A DNA stretch of 64,000 bases from Chrysemys picta bellii. Its lineage: Eukaryota. The stretch covers positions 8,122,001 through 8,186,000 of the forward strand of contig NC_088809.1 in the NCBI RefSeq assembly GCF_011386835.1, written 5' to 3'. Position numbers and translations under genes: made by a program. Below are positions 11,379 to 25,218 of the stretch, piece by piece; positions within the stretch are counted from its first letter, which is position 1, and each line of letters starts with the position of its first letter. Below the pieces are notes generated by a model, which made no database searches, was not told the DNA's origin, and was given only the letters and a program-made list of their open reading frames with translations.

Positions 11379-12178
11379 CAAGTATATACATACACCTTAT
11401 CTTGTAACTTTTACAGGCATGTTTTAGTTATTGTAGACTACAATTGCTCTTTTCTTTAAAACCATGTTGGCAATTGTGGCTAAATTACTTGCTTTTGTAT
11501 CTCTATTCCATTCTAGTATAAAAGAAAAGAAAAATCAGGGAGGGTGGGGTATACTGGTTCAGTTTGTCATGCTGCATTTAGTTACAAATGTTAATATTAT
11601 GTAGTGCTGGTACATTTGTAGATGCAGGGTATCTTCAAACCAGATAGAGTATAATATCAATACTGCTAAAATCTGCATGTCCTCTGTGTGACTGATACAG
11701 CATTGCTATTACTTTTTTTTTAAGTATCAGAATGAAAACAAAATATAGAAAATTTAGCTGGGAATAATTCCTTAAATCTCAACCCTTCCCCTTCAGACTA
11801 ATTCACAGTTGACTCACTAATATGTTTGAAAACTTCAGTTAGTTAATTTTGTTACCTTCCAGATGGGAATACTAGCTTTAGTTTAGACATATAGCAGGTG
11901 GATAGCTTTAGTGATAAACTTTTCCAATATCATACACATTTTTTTGCAACCACAAAACCTGTAATACATCTTACAAGCAGTGAATATGTTGGCCTTATCA
12001 GTTGACATATGTAAATATTACAATGTTTTCTCCAAATAATGAATATTCCTAAAATTTATCTGAGCATCACCATTCAAAAGTTTGTTTTGGGGAATTGATA
12101 GTTATTAATGTACATCTCTTATTAATTGATGGCAAACATAACTAATCATTCCCCAGAATCCTATTTTTTCATTACAGT

Positions 12179-12318
12179 NNNNNNNNNNNNNNNNNNNNNN
12201 NNNNNNNNNNNNNNNNNNNNNNNNNNNNNNNNNNNNNNNNNNNNNNNNNNNNNNNNNNNNNNNNNNNNNNNNNNNNNNNNNNNNNNNNNNNNNNNNNNNN
12301 NNNNNNNNNNNNNNNNNN
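12179..12318. other. N-run, 140 nt (immediately after the SRSF1 UTR-intron acceptor)
   Basis: Counted directly. Confidence 0.99.
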
Positions 12319-12704
12319 AGGATTCATGGAGCGGGATCAAATTACCAGGAACATAGGAGTGGATTCCTGCCCCAACCAAACCGCATTCGTGTGGATTTTT
12401 TTATTCAACTCAATTGGCTATTCCAAAGATTTTTTTCCTATTTTTGACGATTGGAGCCCTTAAGATGCACGATGGATTTTTTTCTTTCATTTTTTTTGGT
12501 AAAAGGAGCAAAGCGAGGACCTGGAGAGGTACGCTGGAGCAATCTCCTTGGAAGGATTCAGCACGAGTAGATGGTAAACATTAAAGGGGAAAAGGGGGGT
12601 TTGTTTAAAAAAAAAAAATCAGTCATTTCTCTAAATTTAAAGATAAATTGGAGTTAAAGATTAAGTAGGTTTTCAATTGGCTTACTGCCTTTTTTTCTTT
12701 GACA

Positions 12705-12710
12705 AATAAA
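12705..12710 (+). terminator. SRSF1: Polyadenylation signal of SRSF1
   Basis: AATAAA followed by T/GT-rich sequence (ttgcatggttgttctc). Confidence 0.7.
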
Positions 12711-15189
12711 ATTTTTTAAAAAAATTGCATGGTTGTTCTCATTTGTCAAATGTAAGAATCTTAAAGTGGTCATCAACGTCCTGCCACTATGAACTGCAAT
12801 AAGATTAAAGGTTACACTCAACAGTATTCAGACAAAAGGGCTTTTATTTTGAGTTCCATAAAGGTCCATTTTTTACACCAACTCTTAATGTTGATAGTTG
12901 AGGTTTTAAGCAGGTCGCTTGTTTTCAACTTTTAGGATTATATAGAGGATTTGTTAATTTGAAGAGAATACTGTGACGTATATTTTATAGGAAATGTTTT
13001 GATCAGTCACTCTTAACAATGATCAAGCTCACTGAAATTTTTTTCTTTTAAAACCAAGACAAACAAGGTTGGAATGGTATGGTAAGATTTTTAGTGTTAT
13101 AAACTGTTGTATCTGTTCTTGCTATTGTAATCCGATAGTTTATTGCATCTAAAGCATCAATCTCTCGCAAAATGGACATAGATTAGTTATTGAGGGTTTA
13201 CAGGAAAAAAGCACATGTTTTATCCAGGTTAACAAAACTTCTTAGCAACAACTTTTTAAAGACAAAAGATGTAGGGAAAGTCTTTTAGGTGACCATGCTA
13301 TAAAGAGTGAGCTTGGTTGTAATCCTGATGAAAGTAAATAACTATATGGTAGGAGGGATTAAAATATGCTTCAGACGGTTAAAATAAAATGCTAAAGTAG
13401 TTTAGATAATTGGGGAATTACAAATATTCGTCTGGACTTCATATATAATTAGTATGTGCGAAGATTAAATATTATAGGTTGTCAAGAAGAAATCCTGAGA
13501 GGGTTAAACTTGTAATTAAGCCATGATTGTATTGTAGGCTGTTGAGTAATAACGACACCTGGGTCTGTCATTTAGCTCCAGGCTAAGTCCTTTTGATTCC
13601 TAAGGTGTGTCATTGTAGAACACACTCTTTGGAGTATCTGAATGTGATATTAAACTTTTTAAAATGCCTATAAAACATATAGCCATACATCATCAGAACT
13701 AGCTCACAGCCAGTGATTTTTCTCCTTTTAAAACTTGCTATTACTTAAATTTAAATATAACTATACCATACGCTATCAATAAAATCACTGTATAAAAGCC
13801 ATTGTGAAATGGAGTGCTGAGAGTAAGCAAAAGCGGGGCTGCAATATGTAAGATGTAATCATTGAGTAAAGATCAGAATGCTTACAGGATTAAGGTTAAA
13901 TAAGATGCCAAAATAGATCTACATAGTCTGATTTATAGCCCTTGCACAGATGGTTTTCATAACAGACACTAACAGGAGATGTGTCATACTATTAATTTTA
14001 AACAGACTAATTGTGTAAATATATGTTAAGATTTGATTTCCTTCAGAGGTGGTTGTAGGTTGTTTCCGGATGGCAGGGAGGGCTAGCATCCATACTGGAG
14101 AGATCAAGATGACAAGTACATTGCATTTCAAGGTGAGAATCCAGATTTTTATTCTGTGAAATAGACTTGTGGGCACTGTTCTAATATGAAATTACTGGCA
14201 TGAATGACATTACTTTTTAAAATGTAATGTGTGCGCTTCACAAATGTGGCACAATTTATATTGCATAAATGAGACTGGAACCTCTACTCGCTAATAGATA
14301 CCGTTGTAGAGCTTCTCAGATGACAATGAATAAAAGCATCCATGTGGGATGGGGATATAAATAATTCAAGTAAAAAGCATATCACAGTTGTGATTTTAAA
14401 ACTTTATATAGTAATCCTATATTGGGGTACAAGAGAGAGCAACATTACAAGTTTTCATATATTTCTAGAGTAAGTTGGGGGGAACAGGGATGCTTTCTAG
14501 TGGAAGTACGGAATGATGGCAGCCCAGGAATGTCGTCATGATGCGTGACAATACAACCCATTGTGCTTTGGCAGAGCTTCGTGCTAGTGAATGGCATGAG
14601 GTTAATCCTGGTAGGGAAGCTGACATTTTTAAAGGGCTATTTTAAAAAAAATGCCAAGTTGAAAGTGACCTGACTTGCACCTCTCCGCAGTCTGAAAATT
14701 TGACAGGTAAGCAACATGCCTGTGAATAGATGTGCAGTAAGTTTTACAACCACTTCATGTGCAATTAAGCTATAGATGTTTAATGTTAAATACTTGAAAA
14801 TCATTTGCTTCCAGGGTTATCTCAAAGTGGTTTGCAACCAAAGTACCCTTAGTGAAAGACAACCACCATGGAATGGAGGGCAGATGTGTACTGGCACCCT
14901 GTATGCCAGGAGGAGGACTTACTGGCCTGTCAGCCTAATGTAAACACCTATTCTTAAAAAAAAATATATATATATATTGCCATGAGCTTTTTTATGTCCA
15001 TGGGAAGCACAGTTCTTTCCTTAAAGAATCGCTCAACAGCGTACTTCTAAAAGGTTGGAGGATGTTACCTCTCATAGTTTAAACAGAACAGCAGCATCTA
15101 TTTTTTCATATATAAACTTTAAATAGAAAGAAATGGAATAATTCCGAAGATGTTTCTTTCTTTCCTGCTGACTAGAGATGATTCCATGG

Positions 15190-15365
15190 ATTGGGTACAG
15201 GACATGGCAACTGGTGTTCCCTATTCCTGTGTCTTCCATAAGTTTCCTATGTGGTAATGGGCAAGTCATTTTAATTTCCATTTTCTTTGTAACATGGAGA
15301 CAATATGTACCTCACTACAGTGTTGAGGCACTGATGTTTGTAAAGCACTTTGAGATCCCGAAATA
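15190..15365 (+). mobile_element. MIR-like / CORE-SINE fragment
   Basis: gggcaagtcattt...tacctcac...gtaaagcactttgagatcc resembles the CORE-SINE core and tail. Similar decayed copies near 22040-22180, 57300-57430, 57760-57920, 59650-59740 and 63290-63360. Confidence 0.5.
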
Positions 15366-18300
15366 AAATTGTTATAGTGCAAAATGCTCTTTTCTTTCAA
15401 TATTTCAAAAAGGGATGTTTTCCAATCTCTTCTACAATTTTTAGCCAAAATACACAACTAATGGACTACAGTGGCTTATTGACCTACAATTAGAGAAGGG
15501 TTTAAATGTTTTAGACAGAGCTAGGAAAAGTGTTATATGGAGTGTGAGTATCTCCTCTCGTGTATCCATCTGTCTCCTTGCAAGCTGTCGTCTTTGTATC
15601 ATGTCTCTTTGGCTCCTTTCCTTTGGCACCATTGATACCTAGACTGGAGGAGTCATGTAGACACCTGAACTATCAATAGATTAAGGTTACACAAGTTGTT
15701 GCAGCCGGAGTATGCTCATCTTTAGGCTTTCCTTGAGATCACATGCTTTGTGTTAAACCATGTGACTCTTGCACTATTTAAAATTCAGGGGGATTTGGGT
15801 ATACATATGCTCCAAAGGTAATAGAAGGATAATGTTTAAATTAATGTGAGGATTTAAACAATCTGTTTTCATGGGGGGAGGGAAATGTAACTTAAAGCTG
15901 CCCACATGGCTTTGCTTTTCATAGGAAGGACAACCACTCTTGTGCTTCCATTGGAGAAACATGCCATCATTTTTTATCAGTTATAGATCTCATCGTCCCC
16001 TTTTTTATGATATAATGGCCATGCAAGGGAAATTTCACTGAGTTTGAGCATCTCTCTCTCTCCCAGTAGTGCATGCTAAAGTTTGGAATGTGCTCTTTTT
16101 CTGCATTCCTGCATATAAATCTTTTCAGATATCAAAAGTAGCAGCATCACAGTCTCAATGTGAAACCACTGATGGATAATAATTTTTTCTCTCAAAACAC
16201 AGTTTCTGGGTTTTATCCCTGGTTTTTGCAGCTGCTTGTTTGTAATAGAATACACCAACAGTACATTATGTACAGAGTTGTGCTTGGGGGGGAATAAAAA
16301 AAAATCTGTCCTTTTTCGAAAACTGGTGTTGATACTACTGCAATATGGACCCTACCACCGCTGGCTGGAAAATGTGGTGTCCTCCCTCTCTCCTCCCCCC
16401 AACGCTAGATGGAAAAAAATCAGCTCCTTTGGTGAAAAATGTAGTACTGAGAACTTTATGAATCTTTGACAAAAAATTTCCTCATTTCAGTTTGAAACTG
16501 AACATTTCAGCTAAAGTGCCTCATGAATTTGTAGTTTATTTACCGAATATCCTCCATCTTCTCTGAGCTGGGCACGCTCTAGACAGACATCTCCAGTGAT
16601 GCACCATGGCTGCCCCTCATGCTGAACCACAGTGGTGCATCATGAGAATCCCTACCTGAGGTGCATCAACAGAGTTGTAGCCTCTGTGGTGGAGAACCTG
16701 ACCCATAAAGGAGAATGGAGGCATGAGGCACCATGACAGCATTTGCCATTAAAAATTCTTCAGCATTAAGCAGTTCAATGCAAACTACTTAGTATCTTTT
16801 TTATCCAACATGGTGAGATCACACTTTAAAGTTTCTCATCCTGGTTGTACCAAATAAACACCTGGGTGGACTTGCCAAATGAACTGATCTGCTATTCTGA
16901 TGTATCTAATATAAAATGGCCCCAATTACTACAGTTAAAGCAATGAGGAAATCCATGATCCCAGAGTCTTGTATTATAACATTCAAAGATTAGACCTCAT
17001 TTTAAAATGATTAATAAAATATTGGGACCCCAGTTTTCCTTTCTGATGTGTTAACTAGAAAAGCAACATGACTGAGAATGGAGCCCTATCCTTTTACATG
17101 CTGTTTGTATTCTGTAGTATTTTTGCTCACTGATAAGATTTTGGTTGACTCCATTTCTTGTAGTAGAACATGCAAGTGATTGGTTGCTACTGGGAACATT
17201 AAAATCTTTGAGTTTCATAAGGGACTTTATCATGAATGCTTCACCAATCGATTTCCCCCCTACCCCCTCAAATCTGCATTCCTCAATTGTCTGACTTCCT
17301 GCAATTTAATTTACATCTCAGTGCAGAGTTAAATGGTGGTAAACATTACATGCCCCCCTATTTGCCCCAACTTAGTTATTTCCCTGTTCCATAAGTTTTT
17401 GTCTTGATCAAATTTATGCACCCTCTAATAAATCTGAAACTAAATGGTTCTTCATTAATATTGCTAATATTATTGATTTTGAATCCTTTGGGAAAATACC
17501 AAGCTAATTTAATGTATCCCTGAATCTTGCTTGGTAATAGCTTGTTTAGACTTGTCACTCGCAAACTACTGTGTGGATATGTCATAGTCTAGAATAGAAC
17601 TAGATTGATTTGATACTTGTAGTGTCCACTGTATTCAGTGCAGAACATCATCCCTAGTTATATCTAAATTGAGTAGTGTAATTAAAACAGTGTTTGAGTG
17701 GTATTGTAGCTTTATCTTTTAACTAACACAATGAAAATATTATAAAATATACACTTCCAGCCAAACATACTTACGTTCATTTCAGTTAACGTACAACCTA
17801 AATCAACTTCAATTTAAAGTATAATTTGTTTTAAATTGACTAACTATGCATACATTTATGAATGAATTAGTTGAAGGCCAAGTTCTGCACGTGAACCAAC
17901 TAATATTTGCAACATTCCCTCTTAAATAGGTATTCTGATTCATAGATGAGGAACAGAACAGGTTCAGTGACTTGCTGCTTATACCAACACTGCAGAATTG
18001 GTTTGAAACTAGACAAGAAGTCTGAGTTACGATATGTCACTACTCAATCCACTATCTAACCACTACTCAAAGCAGTGTTGAATGTTTGAAACCTCTTTAG
18101 TGCACAAAGTCACAGCAGTGGCACTAACATATAGTCCTTAAAAATTTGAGATGGGCATAGTTTGCATGAATAATTACCCCTCCATTTTAATACTCTTACC
18201 ATGTCCTTTAACCCACTTCTATATTGGCAAGTGGTTTAGCTAAATCTCCAAGCTTCTGGTCTATCATAAAATGAACAGTAAGTTTTCTGACGTCCAGTCA

Positions 18301-20226
18301 CTTTATCTGCTAGACCTCATTGTTTTGAGTTCCAAGTTTTTTGGTTCATCTCTATTTAATTGTAATAGTTACAGTCCTGCAACATAGTTTTCTGTAACTC
18401 TTAAGTATTTTCTTTCTGTCAAATGACATGATTGAACTTTGTCAGTTATTGATCATCTAGGTCAAATATTAAATCACTAAACAGGCACCAGTAAAAACAT
18501 ACACACTGCTGTCACAGGGTAGATTTTAACCTGTGTCCTTTTAGTACCACTCTCTGATGTTTCCCTATTATAGCTGTGGATATCTGTACATTCTCTTGAA
18601 AAATGATGCAGTGTCTGCTCAATTCTTTTTAAAAGACAAGTTGGACTATGTAATCTTAGTAAGTGCATTTTGAGCCTTTATTACAGGTCTGACAAGTGTC
18701 TGTCACATAATTTTATATGAATTAAAATTAATTCCACATAGATGCCTCAGTGTTAATGTAAATAGAATAACTTGGCAAAAGATGACAATGAGCCATACAT
18801 TTTAGAAATAGGACTTCAGGTCTTGTGCCTCGCAACACATCCCTGTAAATTGCATATTTGTTTACTATGACCTCACTCCTTTTTGCATGTTGTTGGAATT
18901 GTGTACGTTGTTGAGAATGTGGCGAAGAGTGTTTATAAGGCTCTGAGCTGTGGATTATGGGCTACACACTTTGGTTCTAATCTCAGCTCTGCTTCTGACT
19001 CAGTGTGGTCTTGTGTAGTCTAGAATCATGTGCTTTCTGCTAATCCCTGTGTACTGGCTTGTGATTAACCATACAGGCTGCTAGACCCATTCATGGACAA
19101 ATATGGATTATTCTGAAGAAAATCCCTTCATAAATGCCAAACAAAATATTATTTACTTTCCGAGGGGTTTTTTTTCTTTTAATTTAAAGAGAAGGACAAA
19201 CAAAATAGGGCAGTTACTGTTCAGGAAGGATAGGAAAAAAACAAATGAAATCCTCTTTTGACAGTAGAGCCATCTAGTGGGCAAGATCGGTGACATGCAA
19301 ATAACTAAAAAAAGGTGTGTGGGTTGTTTCTTTTTTGCTGTTGTGTGATGTAAAAAGACAACTTGAACTTGTTAGTGATCTGTTTGCTTTATTACATTTT
19401 CTAAAATAAGAATGTGTGGGAAAACTCAGGTTGATGGTAAGCTGTCATCCTGTAATGGAAAGGTGAGTGTCTGAAATCTTAATGCATACAGCCTGTCAGC
19501 CCAGTGTGTATTTGTTCAGGAGTCAAAACAGACGTTAACAGAAGCAAACACCAATTTTAACAGTCAGCCTAAAATCCTTCTCCCCACAACCTCTCAGGTT
19601 TCATTCTCTTATATCACTTTACTAGTTCTTAAGTTGCTATTTGAGTTTTCCAGGGTAGACAAGAAATGACTGACTAATGTAAAAAAACAAGTGTGGATGT
19701 CTGGTGGGAGAAGACTTCCTGTATTAAAAACTTTCTAAATCCAAAAAGAAGGAAAAACTGACCCGAAGTATTTTTTTATACACTTCCCTAGGCAGAAGAT
19801 ACACTGGGAAAACAGCTACATATTTTAATGAACATAACACATCTACATAATACATAAATGTTAATTTGGCTTCTATGTCCATAGAGCAGGTGCTGTATCC
19901 AGCCATCCATCAAATACTTTTACATCTGTCTTGTAGTTTGCCTCTAATAGTTACAGCAGTTCCTCTGCTATTAAATAAAATGTTATTGGAAACTACATAT
20001 TTATAATTCACTAAGAAAATACAATATATCTTAGAGGAACCAGCTGGATTTATATATATATTTGTTCAGCAGAGCACTGCACTATGACTATTTTTTTCCA
20101 AATACACAAAGACCGCTTTTACACCAGAGGTTTCCAGAACTCTGCTGTAGAATACTTGCTGGTGGTTTGCAGACTTGCCCAGTCACACTGTGCTGGCTGT
20201 CATTACTAGCTCAGAACAGAATAGGG

Positions 20227-20410
20227 CAGGGGTTCTCAAACCTACTTCTAACAACAAAAATTACTACATGACCCCAGAGGTGGGATTGAAGCCTGAGCCT
20301 ACGGGCTTCAGCCCCAGGCAATGGGCTTCGGCCCCGGCCTCCAGAAAGTCTAAGCCAGCCCTGGTGACCCCATTAAAATGGGGTCACAACCCACAATTGG
20401 AGAACCCCTG
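20227..20410. mobile_element. hAT-type MITE
   Basis: TIRs caggggttctcaaac / attggagaacccctg; degenerate TSD gaataggg / gcatagag. Confidence 0.75.
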
Positions 20411-21329
20411 GCATAGAGGATGAAATGAACAAGAAAAGAAAACCATGCCATTACCTCTTTCAAAAAGGACAAACGCATTCTTGCATTAGAGCTTTGAAAA
20501 ATTCTAAGGCCTCCGATAAACCTTTTTTTTTTTCTTTACTTTTATACAATGATGGTAAAGGAAGGAGGGTGACTTTTTTCCCCCTACCACTACAGTCATA
20601 CAGCCGTTGTGCAGACGCTTTACGACTGCAAATGTGCTCATGTTGGTGCAACTTATTCCTCTTCCCATATAAGAATATAGTGCTCCAATCTGAAGTCATT
20701 TACTATAACTATCCTCAGGTAAGCTGGCCTGACATAAGTAATTGAACAGGGAGGCTGTGGGGAAGAGGTCTGAGGGGGAACCCCAACGTTAGACTAGTGG
20801 GGGAGTGATGCAACTTTTCTCTGTAGAGAATTGCTATAGTCTCCACTGGGCTGTTCCATGATTGGAAGGGAGGTCATGACCTCGCAAATGGGAGGGGACG
20901 CTCTAAGAAGGGGAGCAGGTCCTGTTAATTGTGAATGAGGATGGTGATTCACTAGACACTACTAACATATGGTCTATGCTGTAAAGAAATCCTGCCAGCT
21001 TCCTACTGTCTTCCACTCAATGAATTGGAAACTCTGCTACTATTTATCACAAGAACCCTATGAGGTACTTAATTTAGTATTATTTTTACTGTGCAGAGGG
21101 GGGAAGAGGCTGATTTGTGTGAGTGTCCACGGAAGAGCAGGGAATAGAACACACATCTCACTGAAGCTGGTTCTCTAATGGTGTGACCGTGCTTTCAGCA
21201 CATCATTAACCTTCCACATATACTACAAACCATTCCCCATCCACTGAAGAGGCGTTGGCCTGAGATTAGTGAAGGAGAAATAGATTGTGCCAGGCAGAGC
21301 CTTGTCTTCTTATCAATGATTATGATAAA

Positions 21330-21515
21330 TCCGTGATGCTTCTTAACCAGTGGAACAAACTAGTAAAGGAGCTAGAAGATTCTCCATTCCTTGAAGTCTT
21401 CAAATCAAGACTGGATACCTTTCTGAAAGATAAGTTTTTTCAGACACAAATTACTAGGCTCAATACAGGAATAACCAGGAAATTCTATGACCTGTGTTAT
21501 ACAGGTCAGATTGAG
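21330..21515 (+). mobile_element. CR1 LINE 3' fragment
   Basis: Translates QWNKLVKELEDSPFLEVFKSRLDTFL, the C-terminal CR1 ORF2 motif, followed by a CR1-like 3' UTR. Confidence 0.8.
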
Positions 21516-23401
21516 TGAATTATGAATGAAACAACTGTAAATGGGAGATTTTAATGAATGAAATAGATGCACAAAGCAAAGAAGAGGCACTTATTTTTTT
21601 CCCAAAGTTGCTGAAATACAGTTTTGTAGTATTGTACTGCCATAGTGCCAGACCATTTCACTAAAGCCTATTAAAAAAAAAAAAACAGGTGATCCCTAGT
21701 TCAAAAAAATTAAAATCAAAGTATAGCACTAGAACAAGTGTTCTTGGGAGTGTTACAGGGACACAGATAAGTGCTGTTCTCCTGTTTATTGTACATTTTC
21801 AATTGTGCGCACATTCTGCTAGAAAGAATGATTTGTTATACATCAGCTTCCCTAAGTAATGTTTATCTGCAAAGAAGTCTTGTCCACTTAATGGCCATGT
21901 GGAAAAATAAGATGATAAAAGTGATGGTGCAATTTTTAGAACCTGCAAACAATCCACTAGTATCACTATATGACACATTCAAGGGAAGAGGATACAATGG
22001 AGAAATGAACAATTTATATATTTCAGTTATCACGCAAAGTGTAGTAGAAAGGTCAATATCATCCCCCTTTATACAGATGAGGAAAGGTAGGTGCAGAAGT
22101 CCAACGTGATGTACCCACATCACAGTCACTGACAGAGCTAGGTATATGACCCAGTTCTCCTGCCTCTTGTTCAGTGGACCATGCTCCGGACCCTTTCAGA
22201 TGTATCATATGACATCCAACAGGAAAGAGAAGTGCACCTCTCAACTAATTTAGGCCTCCATGGGTTAAAAATTTATTTTGTTATTTATTTTTAATATTTA
22301 AACATTTGACTACAGTGTTAAAAACACAATAGGATTGTATCGTGTGTAGCACTCAAACTAAGTTCAAAATTGGACACACAAGAAGCCAGCCCAATCACAT
22401 TTTTGTTTGTAAGAGGGAACAAAAGTGACATTACGGGAAAGAATTTGCCCTGTGAGTAAGGAATAACTCTCAAGTGTTACAAGCAGTAAAAAGTAAAGGA
22501 AGGAGGTAAAAACAAACCCTGGGAGGCTTTTGAGGAGGAGGGCCATGGAGTGAAAGGGGACAAAGCTGAGATTCACAAGGACATCAAAGGCAAGAGAAGA
22601 TTAGTGAGGATGGCTAGAATTCCACTGGAAACAGGAAAGGGTTTCTGTAGCAGGTGTGGCAAAGTGAACTGAGAAAACCAGACAATAGAAGTCAGTGCAG
22701 CTATGGAGTCTGCTCTACACCATGAAATAGGGAGAATGAAAAACAACATGATCTATAAAACAGTCTTTCTACCTCCTGTCTCTCTCATTAGACACAGACA
22801 AACAGACTCATTGAACATGCAAGACCTTTAGAAGCCTTGTCAGCTTTCCAGTCCCCTGGTTAGGATTATACGTACTGTAGGATCCGCAGAAGTTAAGTGA
22901 TGGAACAACAAACTAATCTATCTATAATACATAAAATCATCCATCTCCCTACAAGTGAAGAATGCAGTCCACTAAGAGAGATTTACAGATATTAGACTGA
23001 ACATATATTTGATTGTCCTGCTATTCATAAAAATGCAGAAGGGAATTATGATGTTTAAGTTTAGGAAAACTGTGTATGTATTAAATGTAAATTGAGTAAG
23101 ACTTTGCACATACACCCTTTTCTTAAAGCAGTTTTAAAACCTAGTCAGTTCTACCAATCTCTTTTCCCATTTTACATATGGGGAAACAAGCATGGAGAAC
23201 TTATGTGACTTACTCAAAGTCCCAGAGCCTGACTGGCAGAATACGGAAGAGAACCTGGGTGTCAAGCCCAATCTTATGTTCTAACCTCTAGATAGCACGT
23301 CTCACCTGCCTCACTAGTACGTAAATAGAATGGAAAGACTGTGGACTGTCACAAATGTGATGGAAGGCAGTCACTCAGACTGAGCATTTAAGGGTCTAGA
23401 A

Positions 23402-23701
23402 CAGGGGTCAGCAACCTTTCAGAAATGGGGTGCCGAGTCTTCATGTATTCACTCTGATTTAAGGTTTCGCGTGCCAGTCATACATTTTAAAGTTTTTAGA
23501 AGGTCTCTTTCTATAAGTCTATAATATATAACTAAACTATTGTTGTATGTAAAGTAAATAGGGTTTTTTAAACGTTTAAGAAGCTTAATTTAAAATTAAA
23601 TTAAAATGCAGAGCCCCCGGGACCGGTGGCCAGTGTGAGTGCCACTGAAAATCAGCTCGCGTGCCGCCTTTGGCACACGTGCCATAGGTTGCCTACCCCT
23701 G
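23402..23701. mobile_element. hAT-Charlie-type MITE
   Basis: TIRs caggggtcagcaacct / aggttgcctacccctg; TSD gtctagaa / atctagaa fits the NTCTAGAN target. Confidence 0.88.
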
Positions 23702-25218
23702 ATCTAGAAAGAGACATGGGTTGATTTCTATGGTTTTGGTCAGAAACCTCATAACTTTTCCCTACTTTGTCATAAGATAGCCTCATTCAGATTCAAGGGG
23801 TCATAACATTTCCAACTACTAGTGACTATTTTGGTTTAGGGACTTCGGATCAGATTTACAAAAGTAATTAGGTGTCTAAAGACGCAGATAGGTGCCTATC
23901 GGATTTTCAGAAGAACCTATTTGCATCTTTAGGTGCCCAAATACCTTTATAAATCTGGTCCTTTAGTAATATTCCCTCTTGGCTAACAGTAACTGCCTTG
24001 GGAATGAGAAACAGTGCTTTCATCATATCTCTGTGCAGAAGATAACCCATACTGGTGCTGAAAAGACCAAGCTGAGCATGCACACACAAAAATTGACATC
24101 ATCAGCGCGAACAGGAGGGGACTATTTGTGGGCTGACTGAAAGTATGCAGAAGTTAAGTAACTTGCCCAAGATCACAAAATGAGAGGAGAACCTCAAAGT
24201 CCTGACCCCCAGTCCTCTGCTCTTACTGTTGGGCCACCCTGTAATAGGTTTTGGAGCTACCAAGTAAACAAACTATCTTTTCCCTGCCAACAAAAGTCAA
24301 TCTTTTAGCAAGAATATTCTCAACAACTGTGCTGAAACTACGGTTTCAATTAGTAATATAGATACAATTACCGAGGGTGATTGATTTTGCCAGTGCTGGT
24401 CATTATACAATCCTGATTATTACTCTCTTAATCACAATAATAATCCTGTTTTCTTTTCAACAGTTCCTCTTGTTGTCTCCATTTTGTATGTCCATACTGC
24501 ATTTCCCACATTCCTTTTCCCCATTTCCCCTCCCCCCAATGCACATGCATCCACCTCAAGCTTGTCTTTGAGGAGTTCAGAAAAGCAAAAAGTCAAGAAG
24601 TCTTTCAAAATCCCTACCGAGTCTTGTTAATGAAGCTTCTTTTCTCTGAGTAGCTTCTTGCTGCTTCTTCGTTGATTTCAATAATGCTTCACCAGAGTAA
24701 TTCAACCAACTTTGCTGGTAATTTCCTGCATCCTATTTTCCTCTTGAAAAGTGGAATGATGTTCCAGACATCCTAATTATAAAGAAAAGATGAAGTTCTC
24801 CACAGAGCTTTCAAAAACATCAGCCTTCCTGTGATAATTCTGTGGCTGCATTTTTTTGTTAGCAGGATCTCCTAGAGACCTTGAGCCACTGGAAAGAAGA
24901 GAAATGCAGTGTACAAATGATGCCTTCATTCCCTCCGGGGAGAAACACTTTAGCTGATTGATTGTAGGAGTTGTGTTTCATGGTAGCAGAGACAATGACT
25001 GCTGTGCATACAACTGGGCAACTGTCAGATTCTTTTTCGAGGAGCTAGATCTTTTGTATCTTTGGTGCCCTCCCTCTTATTATCCTCTTTTACAGGCATG
25101 CACACCTTTCCTTTTAGCTATCATCTCTCCTAGCCAAGGAGGATTCAATGGGTCACCCTTTGGAGCATGTCCAATATGCTTATTAATTGGCTTGGAATTG
25201 CAACCCTGTACCGTAGAG

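Larger units (their letters stand above)
10796..12730 (+). other. SRSF1: SRSF1 3' UTR containing an alternatively spliced (NMD-inducing) intron
   Basis: Follows the stop codon. Branch-like ctaat at 12142-12146 and acceptor ttttttcattacag ending at 12177; AATAAA at 12705-12710. Visible sequence resembles the mammalian SRSF1 3' UTR as I recall it. Confidence 0.8.

Noticed and set aside
10039-12379. ORFs spanning N-runs (also at 53272-54794)
   Set aside because: They are open only because N codons cannot be stops.
24618-24772. Minus-strand exon-like segment with a protein-like frame (CLEHHSTFQEENRMQEITSK...LLREKKLH), plus similar segments at 18200-18260 and about 18530-18620
   Set aside because: Three stops in 51 codons is about the random expectation, phases do not chain, and no family was recognised. 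A tBLASTx hit to a syntenic gene in an outgroup would change this.
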